NCBI GenBank assembly: GCA_000934665.2 | Contig: JYFJ02000454.1 | Span: 62,001-126,000 of the forward strand | DNA length: 64,000 nucleotides | Origin: Catajapyx aquilonaris | Taxonomy: Eukaryota | Reading direction: 5' to 3' | Part shown: in pieces, positions 63,201 through 64,000 of the stretch | Numbering within the stretch: the stretch's first letter is position 1 | How the letters are laid out: every line of letters begins with the position of its first letter | Position numbers and translations under genes: made by a program | Notes under the pieces: model-generated | Seen by the model: only the letters and a program-made list of their open reading frames with translations | What the model was told of the DNA's origin: nothing | Database searches by the model: none

Positions 63201-64000
63201 ATGTCCGTTTCCTGAGGCAGCAACATAGGGAGATTCAGAAAAAAAGGCGAGACAGAACAATGGCCATCCATGGCCAATCCGTGCATGGAAAGGACGAGGT
63301 ACAAGAAAAAAAAGGGCATGAAAATTCCAGTAGGGGGCAAAAAAAAAAGAAGAAAAGAAGTAGCGGGAACGTTCCAAGATGGCGGAACCGCACAGAAAAG
63401 GTCATTGCACATGACTAGTACAAAGGACTTCAAAAAAGATATCCTCTTTGGCTTCAAGACCGGTTGATTGTCCGCTCCTCTCCAAAAATTTGTGGACAAG
63501 TTTTGCTATTCAACATGGTGTCCAAATTAATTCCGGGACCTTACATCTTCATTTCGCTGGGAGATTTTCCAGCTATGCGGTGAGCGCAGTGTTTTAATAC
63601 AATCCCGGGGAACTGAAATTCCCTTCCATTCTGGATTCCATGTGGCAGCCATTAACGCGAGTGCATATTACCCGGATTGTGTGGTGCATTCATTAAAATA
63701 TCATAAAAGCCTGCCAACTGCGTAGGCTGCGAGCTCCAAACACACGTAGTGTAATCTTCCATACATATGTATGCTCGAACACGTTAATCAACAGGGAGGG
63801 AGGGGGAGGCATTGTTATTTTTTTATTGTTTTGTTTTATTGCTTCGGCTATATCAAGCCAAAAGCATGGGAAAAACGAGACGACTACATTTGTTCATGCA
63901 GAAAAGAGAGTCCTTTTTTTATCACCTAATATGAGGTTTTGGATGCAACAGGCATGGTCTGGCCTATGCATTTCATAACAGGGGGGAGAGTATACGTGAG

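Noticed and set aside
10..63499. ORF-track entries as genes
   Set aside because: All are 186 aa or shorter and overlap in conflicting frames. Many start at TTG/GTG or run through homopolymers, and none is an intact known domain. This is consistent with chance ORFs in non-coding DNA.

Overview
This window looks like animal (eukaryotic) intergenic or intronic DNA, not prokaryotic DNA. The longest ORF in the track is 186 aa, and none reads as an intact recognisable protein. I see no operons, rRNA, tRNA or CRISPR arrays. The sequence directly supports: microsatellites, a polarised 20-bp minisatellite, several short tandem duplications, a ~40-bp interspersed repeat core present four times on both strands, small TIR-bounded MITE-like elements (three CAGGGTG...CACCCTG pairs and one GGGCC-GTTGCA pair), two compact inverted-repeat cassettes, and long C/G homopolymers, some containing N calls. 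By hand translation I also infer two decayed coding relics: a LINE reverse-transcriptase 3' half (~62.5-63.2 kb) and a possible PR/SET-domain exon (~42.7-42.9 kb). Poly-C/G tracts, TAGGCCTA motifs and patchy CpG suggest a marine invertebrate deuterostome, but that is inference only. I did not find a convincing new multi-gene system. All counts and alignments were done by eye, and a synthetic or poorly assembled origin cannot be excluded without BLAST.
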